Shown piece by piece: positions 8,735-17,720 of a stretch of 20,271 bases of DNA (positions are counted from its first letter, which is position 1; every line of letters begins with the position of its first letter). The notes below the pieces were generated by a model. The model saw only the letters and a program-made list of their open reading frames with translations, made no database searches and was not told the origin of the DNA. Source of the DNA: Bdellovibrionota bacterium (lineage in GTDB: Bacteria > Bdellovibrionota > UBA1018 > UBA923); assembly GCA_040754655.1 (NCBI GenBank), contig JBFMCE010000038.1, positions 1 to 20,271 on the forward strand. Reading direction: 5' to 3'. The position numbers and the translations under genes were made by a program.

Positions 8735-9787
8735 ATGAAACAGAACACCAAAATCATTGCGGTCATTGGTTTCGTCGTTTTCGTCGCTAGCGTTGTGACT
8801 CTAAGCAAGGTCTATGCGTCGTTGACCATCGCATTTGTGTTGGCGTACTTGCTCGATCCGCTCATCGAGAAACTTGAAAAAAAGGGGCTCTCGCGAGATT
8901 GGGGAGTACCGCTGGTGCTCGTCCTTTTTTTCGCTCTGATCGCCTTGGGTGGAGTTTTGATCATCCCCAAGCTCATCGGCCAAGGCAGGGAGCTGGTTTC
9001 TCGCCTACCGCAGGTTTATTACGAGCTGACCTCTAAATTGGGGCCTCTCAGCATGCAGTACCTAGGGCAAAACGTTTTTTCAGACATCGACCAATTGGTG
9101 TTGAACCTAGGCGATCCTAAAGCGCTCGCCCAGCCCCTAGGAAATTTCTTGCGTGACGTGTTTTCCCAGACTTTTAAATTTGTAACCACGATTCTGGGAC
9201 TACTGATCGTTCCGTTGCTCGCGTATTATTTGCTGCACGACTATCCCCATATCTATGCAAAGTTTCTCTCAATCGTGCCCAGGCGCCATCACAAGCTTGT
9301 CACCGAGATTCGCGACAGGCTCGACACTGTGCTTGGGGGATTCTTGCGGGGTCAGTTGGTGGTGAGTTCGATCTTGAGTTTTTACTATGGAGTGGCGTTT
9401 ACTTTCTTGCGTGTTGAGCTCTCGCTTGTCTTAGGGCTTATGGCAGGTTTTTTTAACGTGATTCCGTATCTGGGGATTTTGAGCGTCATCGTGCTCACCT
9501 TTCTGATCGCGTTAATCCATAATGCCGCTGTCTCAACGTATATTGGGCTTGGCGTCGTGTTTGCCATCGGAATGGCTATTGAAGGCAGCGTCCTGACTCC
9601 AAGAATCGTGGGTCGCAAGGTGGGCTTAGGACCTCTTACCCTGATCGTGGCGCTGCTCATCGGGAGCGAGCTCTTGGGGCTTGTAGGCATGCTCTTGGCG
9701 GTTCCTTTTGCAGCCATTGCGAAAGTTTTCATCGATGTGGCGCTTAGCCGCTATCGGTCGTCTGAGACTTTTAAGCGCAGTAATTGA
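8735..9787 (+). CDS. AI-2E (PerM-like) family transporter
   Basis: Multi-TM protein with IAFVLAYLLDPLIEKLEK, GFLRGQLVVS, NVIPYLG, IEGSVLTPRIVGRKVGL and GLVGMLLAVPFAAIAKV motifs. Confidence 0.93.
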   Translation: MKQNTKIIAVIGFVVFVASVVTLSKVYASLTIAFVLAYLLDPLIEKLEKKGLSRDWGVPLVLVLFFALIALGGVLIIPKLIGQGRELVSRLPQVYYELTSKLGPLSMQYLGQNVFSDIDQLVLNLGDPKALAQPLGNFLRDVFSQTFKFVTTILGLLIVPLLAYYLLHDYPHIYAKFLSIVPRRHHKLVTEIRDRLDTVLGGFLRGQLVVSSILSFYYGVAFTFLRVELSLVLGLMAGFFNVIPYLGILSVIVLTFLIALIHNAAVSTYIGLGVVFAIGMAIEGSVLTPRIVGRKVGLGPLTLIVALLIGSELLGLVGMLLAVPFAAIAKVFIDVALSRYRSSETFKRSN

Positions 9788-9822
9788 TCGTGATTGTCGA
9801 TTAAAGCAATCTCCTCCTGCAG

Positions 9823-9866
9823 TTTCAATAAAACCTAACCAAACCCTAATAGACCCCTAGGACCTT
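9823..9866 (+). promoter_or_regulatory. Putative Pho boxes (11-bp-periodic direct repeats)
   Basis: TTTCAATAAAA / CCTAACCAAAC / CCTAATAGACC / CCTAGGACCTT occur in exact 11-bp phase just upstream of a possible -10 (TAAGAC, 9873-9878) and the pstS RBS. An 11-bp period is the known PhoB-family binding geometry. Confidence 0.65.
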
Positions 9867-9900
9867 TCTCGGTAAGACCAATCCAAAAGGGAGATGAAAG

Positions 9901-10920
9901 ATGAAACTACTTTTGAGTCTGACCTGGATTGCTTTGCTCTTGGGTGTACTGCCTAGGGCTTTTGGTGCGGAGTTGATCAATGGCGCAGGAGCTACTTTTC
10001 CAGAGCCTCTTTATTCAAAGTGGTTTTCAGAGTTTCAGAAAGTCGAAAAAGAGATACGGATCAACTACCAGCCGATCGGAAGTGGCGGTGGTATTCAGCA
10101 GTTTCTTAGAGATACGGTGGACTTTGGGGCAACCGATGCCCCGATGACCAATGAAGAGCTGGCAAAGGCCTCTCGCCCCGTCTTGCATCTCCCAACGGTA
10201 TTGGGTGCGGTCGTAGTGACTTATAATTTGCCTGGGGTTTCAGCGAAACTGCAGCTCACCGGTGAATTGATCGCCGAGATCTACCTCGGAAAAATTACAG
10301 ACTGGTCCGATGCTAAAGTCAAAGCGTTAAACCCGAAGTTGAACTTGCCCAAACAGCCCATTCTGGTCGTGCGACGCTCGGACGGAAGCGGCACCACTGG
10401 TATTTTCACGGACTATCTTGCAAAGGTGAGTGCGCCGTGGAAAAACTCGGTGGGCGCGGGAAAAGCCGTAAGCTGGCCTGTGGGGCTTGGTGGAAAAGGC
10501 AATGAAGGGGTTGCAAGTCTGGTGAAACAAACTCCTGGAGCAATTGGGTATGTCGAGCTTGTTTATGCTAAAACCAGCGGCTTGCCTTATGCCGCAATCC
10601 AGAACAAGGCGGGAAAGTTCGTTGAAGCTTCGATTCAGGGCGTGACTGCGGCAGCCGCGGGTTCACTAAAGATGATGCCGGCGGATTTTAGAGTTTCGAT
10701 CACCAACGCGGAAGGTGCCGGGTCTTATCCCATTAGTGGCTTTACCTACCTCCTCGTCTATCAAACGATGAAGGGAGAGAAGGGAAAAGGGTTGGTGAAG
10801 TTTCTGCGTTGGGCATTGCGTGACGGGCAGACCTATGCTGAACCCATGGCCTATGCTCCGTTGCCAGGTTCTCTTGCAAAAAAGGTGATCGCAAAAGTTG
10901 ATGGAATCACAATTCAATAG
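9901..10920 (+). CDS. pstS: Phosphate ABC transporter substrate-binding protein
   Basis: Signal peptide, then INGAGATFPEPLYSKW, NYQPIGSGGGI, VDFGATD, RRSDGSGTT, GKGNEGV and YPISGFTY. Confidence 0.97.
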   Translation: MKLLLSLTWIALLLGVLPRAFGAELINGAGATFPEPLYSKWFSEFQKVEKEIRINYQPIGSGGGIQQFLRDTVDFGATDAPMTNEELAKASRPVLHLPTVLGAVVVTYNLPGVSAKLQLTGELIAEIYLGKITDWSDAKVKALNPKLNLPKQPILVVRRSDGSGTTGIFTDYLAKVSAPWKNSVGAGKAVSWPVGLGGKGNEGVASLVKQTPGAIGYVELVYAKTSGLPYAAIQNKAGKFVEASIQGVTAAAAGSLKMMPADFRVSITNAEGAGSYPISGFTYLLVYQTMKGEKGKGLVKFLRWALRDGQTYAEPMAYAPLPGSLAKKVIAKVDGITIQ

Positions 10921-11878
10921 CTCGACAATCGTTGCAACGAGCCCAGATAGCCTGAAAGCGCCAAAAAAGCGCAGGGAAGTGCATTACGGTGATCGTCTTT
11001 TCGCGGGCTCGCTCAAGGCAAGTGCTCTTGGGTTGGTCGTGGTTTTGGGGGCGATCGCTTTTTTCTTGGGCAACCGCGCATGGCCTGCGTTTCAAAAATT
11101 TGGTATGAGTTTCGTAAGCTCGCAGGCTTGGGATCCTGTGCAAGAACTCTTTGGAGCTCTACCCGTTGTTTACGGGACTTTGGTTTCTTCTTTTTTGGCG
11201 ATACTCATAGCGACTCCGCTGAGCATCGGGATCGCTCTTTTTCTAACGGAAATGGCGCCAAGGCGAGTGAGTCAGGTCGTGGGTTTTCTAGTCGAAATGC
11301 TCGCGGCGATCCCAAGCGTGGTGTACGGGCTTTGGGGGATCTTCGTGCTCGCGCCCTGGCTTCGCACATCTGTAGAGCCTTTGTTGGGACAGGTGCTGGG
11401 GTTTTTGCCCCTTTTCCAAGGACCGCCCTACGGCGTTGGAATGCTTGCCGCAGGAATTATCCTGGCCATCATGATTCTTCCCACGGTTTCAAGCCTGTCG
11501 CGTGAAGTTTTTAAAAGCATCCCGCAGGCGCAGCGAGAAGCAGCCATCGCGCTTGGCGCAACTCGTTGGGAAGTGATGCGCCTTGCAGTGCTCAAAGGAG
11601 CCAAGAGCGGCATCGTGGGCGCGGTCATCTTAGGGCTAGGGCGCGCGTTAGGAGAAACCATGGCGGTCACAATGGTGATCGGAAATCGCCATGAAATCAG
11701 CCTGTCCTTGTTTGCTCCTGCATCGACTATGGCGAGCATCATCGCAAATGAGTACAACGAAGCCTCAAGCGACATTCATATGGCTTCACTGGTGGGGATT
11801 GGTTTTCTGCTTTTCATGGTCACCTTCAGCATCAACAGCATCGCAAGGCTGTTATTGATGCGTGGAGGTAAGAATTAG
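10901..11878 (+). CDS. pstC: Phosphate ABC transporter permease PstC
   Basis: WDPVQELFGALPVVYGTL, LAAIPSVVYGLWG, EAAIALGATRWE (EAA loop) and LGLGRALGETMAVTMVIGN. The start is uncertain; the ATG at 10901 overlaps the end of pstS. Confidence 0.96.
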   Translation: MESQFNSSTIVATSPDSLKAPKKRREVHYGDRLFAGSLKASALGLVVVLGAIAFFLGNRAWPAFQKFGMSFVSSQAWDPVQELFGALPVVYGTLVSSFLAILIATPLSIGIALFLTEMAPRRVSQVVGFLVEMLAAIPSVVYGLWGIFVLAPWLRTSVEPLLGQVLGFLPLFQGPPYGVGMLAAGIILAIMILPTVSSLSREVFKSIPQAQREAAIALGATRWEVMRLAVLKGAKSGIVGAVILGLGRALGETMAVTMVIGNRHEISLSLFAPASTMASIIANEYNEASSDIHMASLVGIGFLLFMVTFSINSIARLLLMRGGKN

Positions 11879-12744
11879 TGCGACGCAGATTCTCAGATAC
11901 TGCATTTCGAGGATATGGAAGACGCAAGCTTGTGAATTTCGTGATGTGCTGCTTGCTTTCCCTAGCCGCGCTTGGCGCGATCATCCCGCTGTTTAGCGTA
12001 TTTGGTTATGTGCTCTCACAAGGCATGCCTGCATTGAACCTCTCGTTCTTCACCGAACTCCCAAAGCCCGTAGGAGAGAGCGGTGGTGGAATGGCGCATT
12101 CTCTTTTGGGTACCTGTGTTTTGGTTTTCTTGGGATCGATTTTTGGGATCCCCTGGGGAATCGCGACGGGCATGTATCTTTCAGAATATGGTCGAGGGCG
12201 CTTGGGTGGAGCGGTGAGGTTTAGCGCTGATCTGCTTGGCAGCATCCCTTCGATCATATTGGGCCTTTTTGTTTACACTCTAGTGGTCGTGACGATGAAA
12301 AGATTTTCAGCCGTTGCGGGTGGGCTTGCGCTGGGTTTGATCATGGTGCCTACGGTTGCGAGGAGCACGGAAGAGCTTTTAAAACTTGTTCCATCGCATA
12401 TTCGCGAAGCAGGGCTTGCGCTAGGACTACCGCGTTGGAAGGTGTCGTTGCGGATCGTGCTCAAAGGCATTCGTGGACCTATCACCACAGGTTTGATGCT
12501 TGCGATCGCGCGGGCCGCCGGTGAAACGGCTCCTCTTTTATTCACGGCGTTCAACAATAGGTTTTGGAGCTTTGAGCTGGATCAACCCATTTCATCGCTG
12601 CCCGTGCAGATCTATACCTTTGCCATCTCTCCTTATGAAGAATGGCACCGTCAGGCCTGGGCCGGGGCTTTTTTATTGGTTTCGGTCGTGTTTAGTTTAA
12701 ACCTTTTTACAAGAGTGGTGTTTCGCCAGTTGAGGAAGGACTAG
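11878..12744 (+). CDS. pstA: Phosphate ABC transporter permease PstA
   Basis: GTG start overlapping the pstC stop. Motifs [39 protein letters not shown] and SLPVQIY. Confidence 0.96.
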   Translation: MRRRFSDTAFRGYGRRKLVNFVMCCLLSLAALGAIIPLFSVFGYVLSQGMPALNLSFFTELPKPVGESGGGMAHSLLGTCVLVFLGSIFGIPWGIATGMYLSEYGRGRLGGAVRFSADLLGSIPSIILGLFVYTLVVVTMKRFSAVAGGLALGLIMVPTVARSTEELLKLVPSHIREAGLALGLPRWKVSLRIVLKGIRGPITTGLMLAIARAAGETAPLLFTAFNNRFWSFELDQPISSLPVQIYTFAISPYEEWHRQAWAGAFLLVSVVFSLNLFTRVVFRQLRKD

Positions 12745-12748
12745 AATC

Positions 12749-13513
12749 TTGCAAGACTTGCCATTGCTGAAAGTAGTCGATTTGAAAGCCTGGTTTGGAA
12801 AGTCTCAGGCCTTAAAAGACATCAACCTGCAGGTTCGTGAGGGCACTGTGATGGCCATCATCGGACCCTCAGGGTGCGGAAAATCAACCTTCATCCGTTG
12901 TTTGAACCGCTTGCACGAAGAAGTGCCAGAGGCCACCTCTTCGGGGCAGGTCCTGCTTGAAGGCAAAGACATTCATGGGCATGACGTTGATCCTGTAGCG
13001 ATCCGGCGTAAAGTTGGCATGGTGTTTCAAAAGCCCAATCCCTTTCCTTCGCTCTCTGTTTATGAAAACGTCGCGGTGGGGCTGAAACTTGCGGGTGTAA
13101 GGAATTCTTCTATTCTCGACGAAACCGTAGAGCGCAGCTTAAGCCTTGCGGCTTTATGGGATGAGGTGAAGGATAAATTGCATTCTCCGGGAACCAGCCT
13201 CTCTGGCGGTCAGCAGCAGAGGTTGTGCATCGCACGAGCTCTGGCGGTGGAACCCACCGTTTTGTTAATGGACGAACCGACCAGTGCGTTAGATCCGATT
13301 TCAACGGCCAAGATCGAAGAGCTGTTGGCAGAGCTCAAAAAAACTGTAACGATCGTCATTGTGACCCATAACATGCAGCAAGCTGCGCGGGTTTCAGATC
13401 AGACGGCGTTTTTTCTTCTAGGAGAGCTTGTCGAGGTTGGGGAAACCTCAAAGGTGTTCACAACACCAAAAGACCATCGAACCGAGCGGTACATCACAGG
13501 AAGGTTTGGCTAA
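12749..13513 (+). CDS. pstB: Phosphate ABC transporter ATP-binding protein
   Basis: Walker [52 protein letters not shown] and C-terminal YITGRFG. Confidence 0.97.
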   Translation: MQDLPLLKVVDLKAWFGKSQALKDINLQVREGTVMAIIGPSGCGKSTFIRCLNRLHEEVPEATSSGQVLLEGKDIHGHDVDPVAIRRKVGMVFQKPNPFPSLSVYENVAVGLKLAGVRNSSILDETVERSLSLAALWDEVKDKLHSPGTSLSGGQQQRLCIARALAVEPTVLLMDEPTSALDPISTAKIEELLAELKKTVTIVIVTHNMQQAARVSDQTAFFLLGELVEVGETSKVFTTPKDHRTERYITGRFG

Positions 13514-14196
13514 TGGAAAGGCATTTTGATCATGCTTTGGGAGAGTTGAGAGAGAAACTTTTGACCATGGGGGGCTTGGTCGAGAAGGCGATTGAACTTG
13601 CCACGCATGCGCTCCAAACCCGCGATCTCGCGAAGGCCGGTCAGGTTCAAGAGATTGAAAAAAAAGTGAACGAGTCCCACATCAGCGTCGACGATACCTG
13701 TTTAAAACTTCTGGCGCTTCAACAGCCTCTGGCAGCAGATCTCAGGCTCATCGTCGCGGTGATCAAGATGAACACGGATCTTGAGCGCATGGGAGACCAG
13801 GCGGTGAACATTGCGCACAATACCTCGCGATACCTCAAAGGCGAACCACTCAAACCCTTGGTGGATTTGCCGGTCATGTTCAACGAGGTCAGGTTCATGG
13901 TGCGCGAGGCGCTCGATTCGTTTGTGAAGCGAGATGAGAAGCTTGCCCGTGACGTCCTTAACCGCGACGACCGCGTGGATTCGCTGAAGAACAAGATCTT
14001 TCGAGACGTGATTGAACACGTCAAGACCAGGCCAGAGTGCGTGGAGCAGGGATTGAACTTGATTTTGATCGCACGAAACCTTGAACGGCTTGGAGATCAC
14101 GCGACCAACATCGCGGAAGATGTGATTTTTGCGATCACGGGCGAGGATGTCAGGCACTCGGCGCGGCCTGAGGCAATCAAGCATGCGCTTTCATAA
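13513..14196 (+). CDS. phoU: Phosphate signalling/transport regulator PhoU
   Basis: Two PhoU repeats: QQPLAADLR..DLERMGDQAVNIA and RNLERLGDHATNIAE. TAATG overlap with pstB. Confidence 0.97.
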   Translation: MERHFDHALGELREKLLTMGGLVEKAIELATHALQTRDLAKAGQVQEIEKKVNESHISVDDTCLKLLALQQPLAADLRLIVAVIKMNTDLERMGDQAVNIAHNTSRYLKGEPLKPLVDLPVMFNEVRFMVREALDSFVKRDEKLARDVLNRDDRVDSLKNKIFRDVIEHVKTRPECVEQGLNLILIARNLERLGDHATNIAEDVIFAITGEDVRHSARPEAIKHALS

Positions 14197-14219
14197 GTAA
14201 AGCAAAAGGAAAGGCGGCC

Positions 14220-14885
14220 ATGGCAAGAGTTCTTGTGGTTGAAGATGAAAAAGATGTTCAAGAGTTGATGGCGCTTCATCTCAAACGCGAGGGGCATTCG
14301 ACGACCACCGCGGACGATGGTGAGAAGGCATTGAAACTCTTGGCTCAAGAACAGTACGACCTGGCTGTTCTAGACTGGATGCTCCCAGGAGTTTCAGGCC
14401 TTGATATTTGCAGGAGCATCGAGCGAAAGGTCCCGGTATTGATGGTCACTGCAAGAGCTGATGCGTCTGACATCGTACTGGGGCTTGAAGTAGGCGCTGA
14501 TGATTATGTGACGAAGCCTTTTGATATTCCCGTGTTCTTGGCGCGTATCCGCGCGCTTTTGAGAAGAAGCGAACTTGCGCGCGCAGGCTCGTTAAGAAGA
14601 ATCCAAGTTCAAGGCCTTCTGATCGATCTCGATGCACACGAGGTTAAAAAAGGGTCAGAAGAGATCAAACTCACGGTGTCGGAGTTCAAACTGTTGGCTG
14701 CTCTCGTGCAAAACAGAGGGCGTGTGCTTTCTCGCGAAAAGCTCATCGATCTAGTTCAAGGAGAGGGCGTTATCGTGGTGGACAGAGCCATCGATACGCA
14801 CATTTTCGGGTTGCGAAAAAAACTGGGTGAGAGCGCTGATCTGGTCGAAACCATTCGTGGCGTCGGTTATCGCGTGAAAACCTGA
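14220..14885 (+). CDS. phoB: OmpR/PhoB-family response regulator (PhoB by context)
   Basis: Receiver domain (VLVVEDE, LDWMLPG, VTAR, GADDYVTKPF) plus a winged-helix domain ending ETIRGVGYR. Lies between phoU and a histidine kinase gene. Confidence 0.88.
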   Translation: MARVLVVEDEKDVQELMALHLKREGHSTTTADDGEKALKLLAQEQYDLAVLDWMLPGVSGLDICRSIERKVPVLMVTARADASDIVLGLEVGADDYVTKPFDIPVFLARIRALLRRSELARAGSLRRIQVQGLLIDLDAHEVKKGSEEIKLTVSEFKLLAALVQNRGRVLSREKLIDLVQGEGVIVVDRAIDTHIFGLRKKLGESADLVETIRGVGYRVKT

Positions 14886-14902
14886 TTCGAGAAAACGATT
14901 CA

Positions 14903-16417
14903 ATGGCGCAAGGTCGATTCCCATGGGGTGTTTTTTCTAGGATCGTGCTTCTTCAAGTAACGCTTGTCTTAGGTTCGCTTACGGCTTTGGGGGTGGGAGC
15001 ACGGTATTTTTTCAAAAGGCAATTTGAAACCCATATTCACGAAGCGATTCTAGTAGGGAGTGCTGGTGCGGACCTTGATCGTACCGCTGCTCTTGAGAGT
15101 TTGCACCAAGCTTTGAAGGTTTATGACGGGTATCTTGGCCTTTTTCTTGTTCTAGTGGCGTTTGTGTTGTTCGGATTGGTTTTTTGGTCGGTTCGGCGGT
15201 TGATGTTTCCCCTGGGAAGGATACTGATCAAAGCGCGCAACGTGCTTGAAGAACCTAAGAAACTTGTCGAAGACGCCGAAGAGTCAAGGCTTTATGAGAC
15301 GCAATCTTATGGCGAGCTCTCTGATCTTGAATCGTCGCTAGACAAGATCAGGCGCGACCTTGAAATACGAGCGGAAAACTTCGACCGTGAACGCGAAGAG
15401 CAAGCCATTCTGATGGGTGCCATTTCGGATGCCATTTTGGCGGTAGATCGAGACGGAGCCCCGCTGTTCTTTAACAGCCGGTTTACAGTGGTGTTCGGCA
15501 AAGATGAACGAACGACAAGAAACTCAAAACTCTGGGAGATGTTCCGTGCGCCAGAGATCCTAGAGGCTTTCAAGTCGGCGTTGAGTCATGGCAAGACCGA
15601 GTCGCTCAAGGCGATTCCTTTTGATCGTGACTCAAGCAGGGTGTTCTTTTCAGTGTCGGTTTCTCCTCTGCGGCGCTCGGCTGGTGATGTCTATGGGGCC
15701 CTGGGCATTTTTCATGATGTGACTGACCTTAAACGCGCAGAACAGATACGCATCGATTTTGTCGCAAACGTTTCACACGAACTTCGAACGCCGCTTACTT
15801 CAATCAAGGGATATGTCGATACTTTGATTGATGATGTGAAGCAAGATCGCCCTGTCGAAAAAGAGTTCTTAGATGTCATCGGACGGAACACCGAGAGGCT
15901 GATGGCGTTGATCAATGATCTGCTTGATTTGTCTTCGCTTGAGTCTCATGTCGAAGCATTGGGAAAGACCAAAGTCAGTACGGCTGATCTCACTTCACGA
16001 GCATTGCAGCAAATGAGGCAGGTTTTTGAGGCAAAAGAACAACAGCTCTGTGTGGATGTGCGGTGCGAGCAGGTGTTCGCGGACCCTCGTTCAGTTGAGC
16101 AGGTCCTGGTGAACCTCTTAGACAATGCGCAAAAGTACACGCCGCCCAAAGGCAAAATTACGGTGAGTTGGGAGCTCAGTGATGGTGACGATGTTTATTT
16201 GCGCGTCTCGGATACCGGTCCTGGCATTGCGCCCGAGCACTGCGACCGCTTGTTTGAGAGGTTCTACCGCGTTGATAAGGCGCGATCGCGAGAGTTGGGC
16301 GGCACCGGCCTTGGGCTTGCCATCGTAAAACACATCATGCAACGCCATGAGGGCGCGGTTTGGGTTGAGAGCAGGTTAGGGCAAGGTTCAACGTTTGTGT
16401 GCCGCTTTCCGGCGTGA
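14903..16417 (+). CDS. phoR: PhoR-like sensor histidine kinase (2 TM, HAMP-like, PAS, HisKA, HATPase)
   Basis: DFVANVSHELRTPLTSIKGY (H box), NLLDNAQKY (N box), VSDTGPGI, FERFYRVDKARSRELGGTGLGLAIVKHI. PAS region AISDAILAVD...IFHDVT. Confidence 0.9.
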   Translation: MAQGRFPWGVFSRIVLLQVTLVLGSLTALGVGARYFFKRQFETHIHEAILVGSAGADLDRTAALESLHQALKVYDGYLGLFLVLVAFVLFGLVFWSVRRLMFPLGRILIKARNVLEEPKKLVEDAEESRLYETQSYGELSDLESSLDKIRRDLEIRAENFDREREEQAILMGAISDAILAVDRDGAPLFFNSRFTVVFGKDERTTRNSKLWEMFRAPEILEAFKSALSHGKTESLKAIPFDRDSSRVFFSVSVSPLRRSAGDVYGALGIFHDVTDLKRAEQIRIDFVANVSHELRTPLTSIKGYVDTLIDDVKQDRPVEKEFLDVIGRNTERLMALINDLLDLSSLESHVEALGKTKVSTADLTSRALQQMRQVFEAKEQQLCVDVRCEQVFADPRSVEQVLVNLLDNAQKYTPPKGKITVSWELSDGDDVYLRVSDTGPGIAPEHCDRLFERFYRVDKARSRELGGTGLGLAIVKHIMQRHEGAVWVESRLGQGSTFVCRFPA

Positions 16418-16456
16418 TACCGGCGTGATGGTAATTGTGGTCATGTCTGTGCCCCT

Positions 16457-16746
16457 GCAATTGTGCGGTTTTTGTGCGGCCCATTTCCTTGCGCGCGACT
16501 CAAGCAAGCAATTGTGTTGTTTTTGTGGGGTGATTCACAGCGTGTCTGGAAGGATTCTTAAAGAAGCTGCGTACGGTATATGAGACTCCTAAGACGGAGT
16601 TTGAAAAGTTGCGAACTTCGCTGGAGAGTGTTTAAGAAGTTCGGAGCTTCTCCGGCGGAGCTGCTGCGCATGACACAAAGACCGCACAATTGAGCGAGAG
16701 ACTCTGAAGTGAAATCAAAATCACCCCACAAAAACAACACAGTTGC
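16457..16746. repeat. Non-coding element with two interleaved long inverted-repeat pairs; candidate structured RNA
   Basis: A (16458-16476) pairs with A' (16674-16692) at 18/19. B (16508-16535) pairs with B' (16719-16746) at 27/28. Internal hairpins lie at 16583-16602 and 16612-16643. Confidence 0.8.
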
Positions 16747-16904
16747 CTCGGACGCCAGAGACGTCAAAAAAACACACCACGCTGATTTTAAGGCTCCTGG
16801 GAATAAATAATGGTGAATCTGCGCCGCCTCACAATGCGGTCAAGCGCGAGACGACTAAGTTTCATAAGCGCTCAGGCCAATCTTTGCGCCTATTTTTTGC
16901 GGTA

Positions 16905-17282
16905 TTAAAACGGCTTGTATCCCGCAAGCCATGCGGCCGTTCCGCCCAGGCCCAAGGCCAACCACCAGAGTGCGCGCGATTGGGCGCCTAGTTTCTTTGC
17001 GGCAAACAGAGCAAGGGCCATGAACACCCAAATCGAGAGTTTTCCCCAGACCCATCCTGGCAACTGACCATGAACCACGCCGATTCTCGCAAGCAATCCA
17101 AAACCTCCAAGCAGGGCTAAAAAGAGACCTACTCCATGCGTGATGGCAATCTGTTTTCTGAGCTTTTTCTCTTGTGTTTGCGTCGATGGGGAAGCCGCTC
17201 TGAGAAGCGCTCCACCGAGCGAAAGAAAAATCATCAAAATACCTGTGAGGTGAATCACTTTATAGACAGGGTAAGAGATCAT
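16905..17282 (-). CDS. Small 4-TM membrane protein (SirB2/DUF2269-like hypothetical)
   Basis: GAGGAGG RBS before ATG 17282. YKVIHL..., ITHGVGLFLALLGGFGLL, PGWVWGKL and C-terminal YKPF match the pattern of SirB2-like membrane proteins (family call from memory). Confidence 0.8.
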   Translation of the reverse strand: MISYPVYKVIHLTGILMIFLSLGGALLRAASPSTQTQEKKLRKQIAITHGVGLFLALLGGFGLLARIGVVHGQLPGWVWGKLSIWVFMALALFAAKKLGAQSRALWWLALGLGGTAAWLAGYKPF

Positions 17283-17589
17283 TTGAGGCCTCCTCGAGAG
17301 GAACATGGTTAAATTGACTGGAAGCAAGATGCAAGAGAGGAATAACTGCGAAGCAGAAATCAGGGGTTTAAAGAAGTTTTCACGCTTTGATGGTTTATAC
17401 CGTAGAGTCTATATAAAAGCTGGTTGGCTAACCCTTGGAAATCCAATAAAAATAAGAATATTTCTTTGGGGAGCTGAGGGCTGCCGAAGAATCTGATCAA
17501 GGCCTGGCTAGTGTAAAAGCCTGGACCTTTGAAAGCAAAAGCGCTCAGACCAAAAAGTTCCTCCTCTTTAAGATAAACCCTCCCACGAA

Positions 17590-17640
17590 AGCAAAGCAAG
17601 AGAGTGCGCCAGGTGGAGAGATCATCGCGGCCTGGCGCAC
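17590..17640 (-). terminator. Probable terminator hairpin of the - strand three-gene operon
   Basis: A perfect 10-bp stem, GTGCGCCAGG (17604-17613) / CCTGGCGCAC (17631-17640), is followed on the - strand by pyrimidine-rich TCTCTTGCTTTGCTTT. It lies 80 nt past the stop at 17721. Confidence 0.55.
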
Positions 17641-17720
17641 CATCGGGTTGTGGTTTTTTATTTAGACTACGGTTTAAGCTGCATTTGTTTTTGTCGCAGT
17701 CGTTTCAACCGTGTCGTTGT

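Noticed and set aside
1066..16348. Many antisense and alternate-frame ORFs overlapping guaA, dnaE and the pst/pho genes
   Set aside because: Shadow ORFs of well-identified genes, with no independent motifs.
16457..16746. CRISPR array or retron msr/msd interpretation of the repeats
   Set aside because: Only two direct copies plus two inverted ones, no regular repeat-spacer series, and no cas or reverse transcriptase gene in the window.
16974..16984. GCGCGATTGGG, identical to part of the tRNA-Val 3' end (19726-19736), as a possible att site
   Set aside because: Only 11 bp, inside an intact CDS, and no integrase is present; compatible with chance.
16395..16991. Short ORFs over the post-phoR gap (16395-16583, 16558-16767, 16743-16991)
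   Set aside because: No RBS or protein-like motifs; the region is better explained by its nucleotide-level repeats.
17305..17599. ORFs 17305-17496 (+) and 17360-17599 (-)
   Set aside because: Short, in an AT-rich intergenic region, with no convincing RBS or motif.
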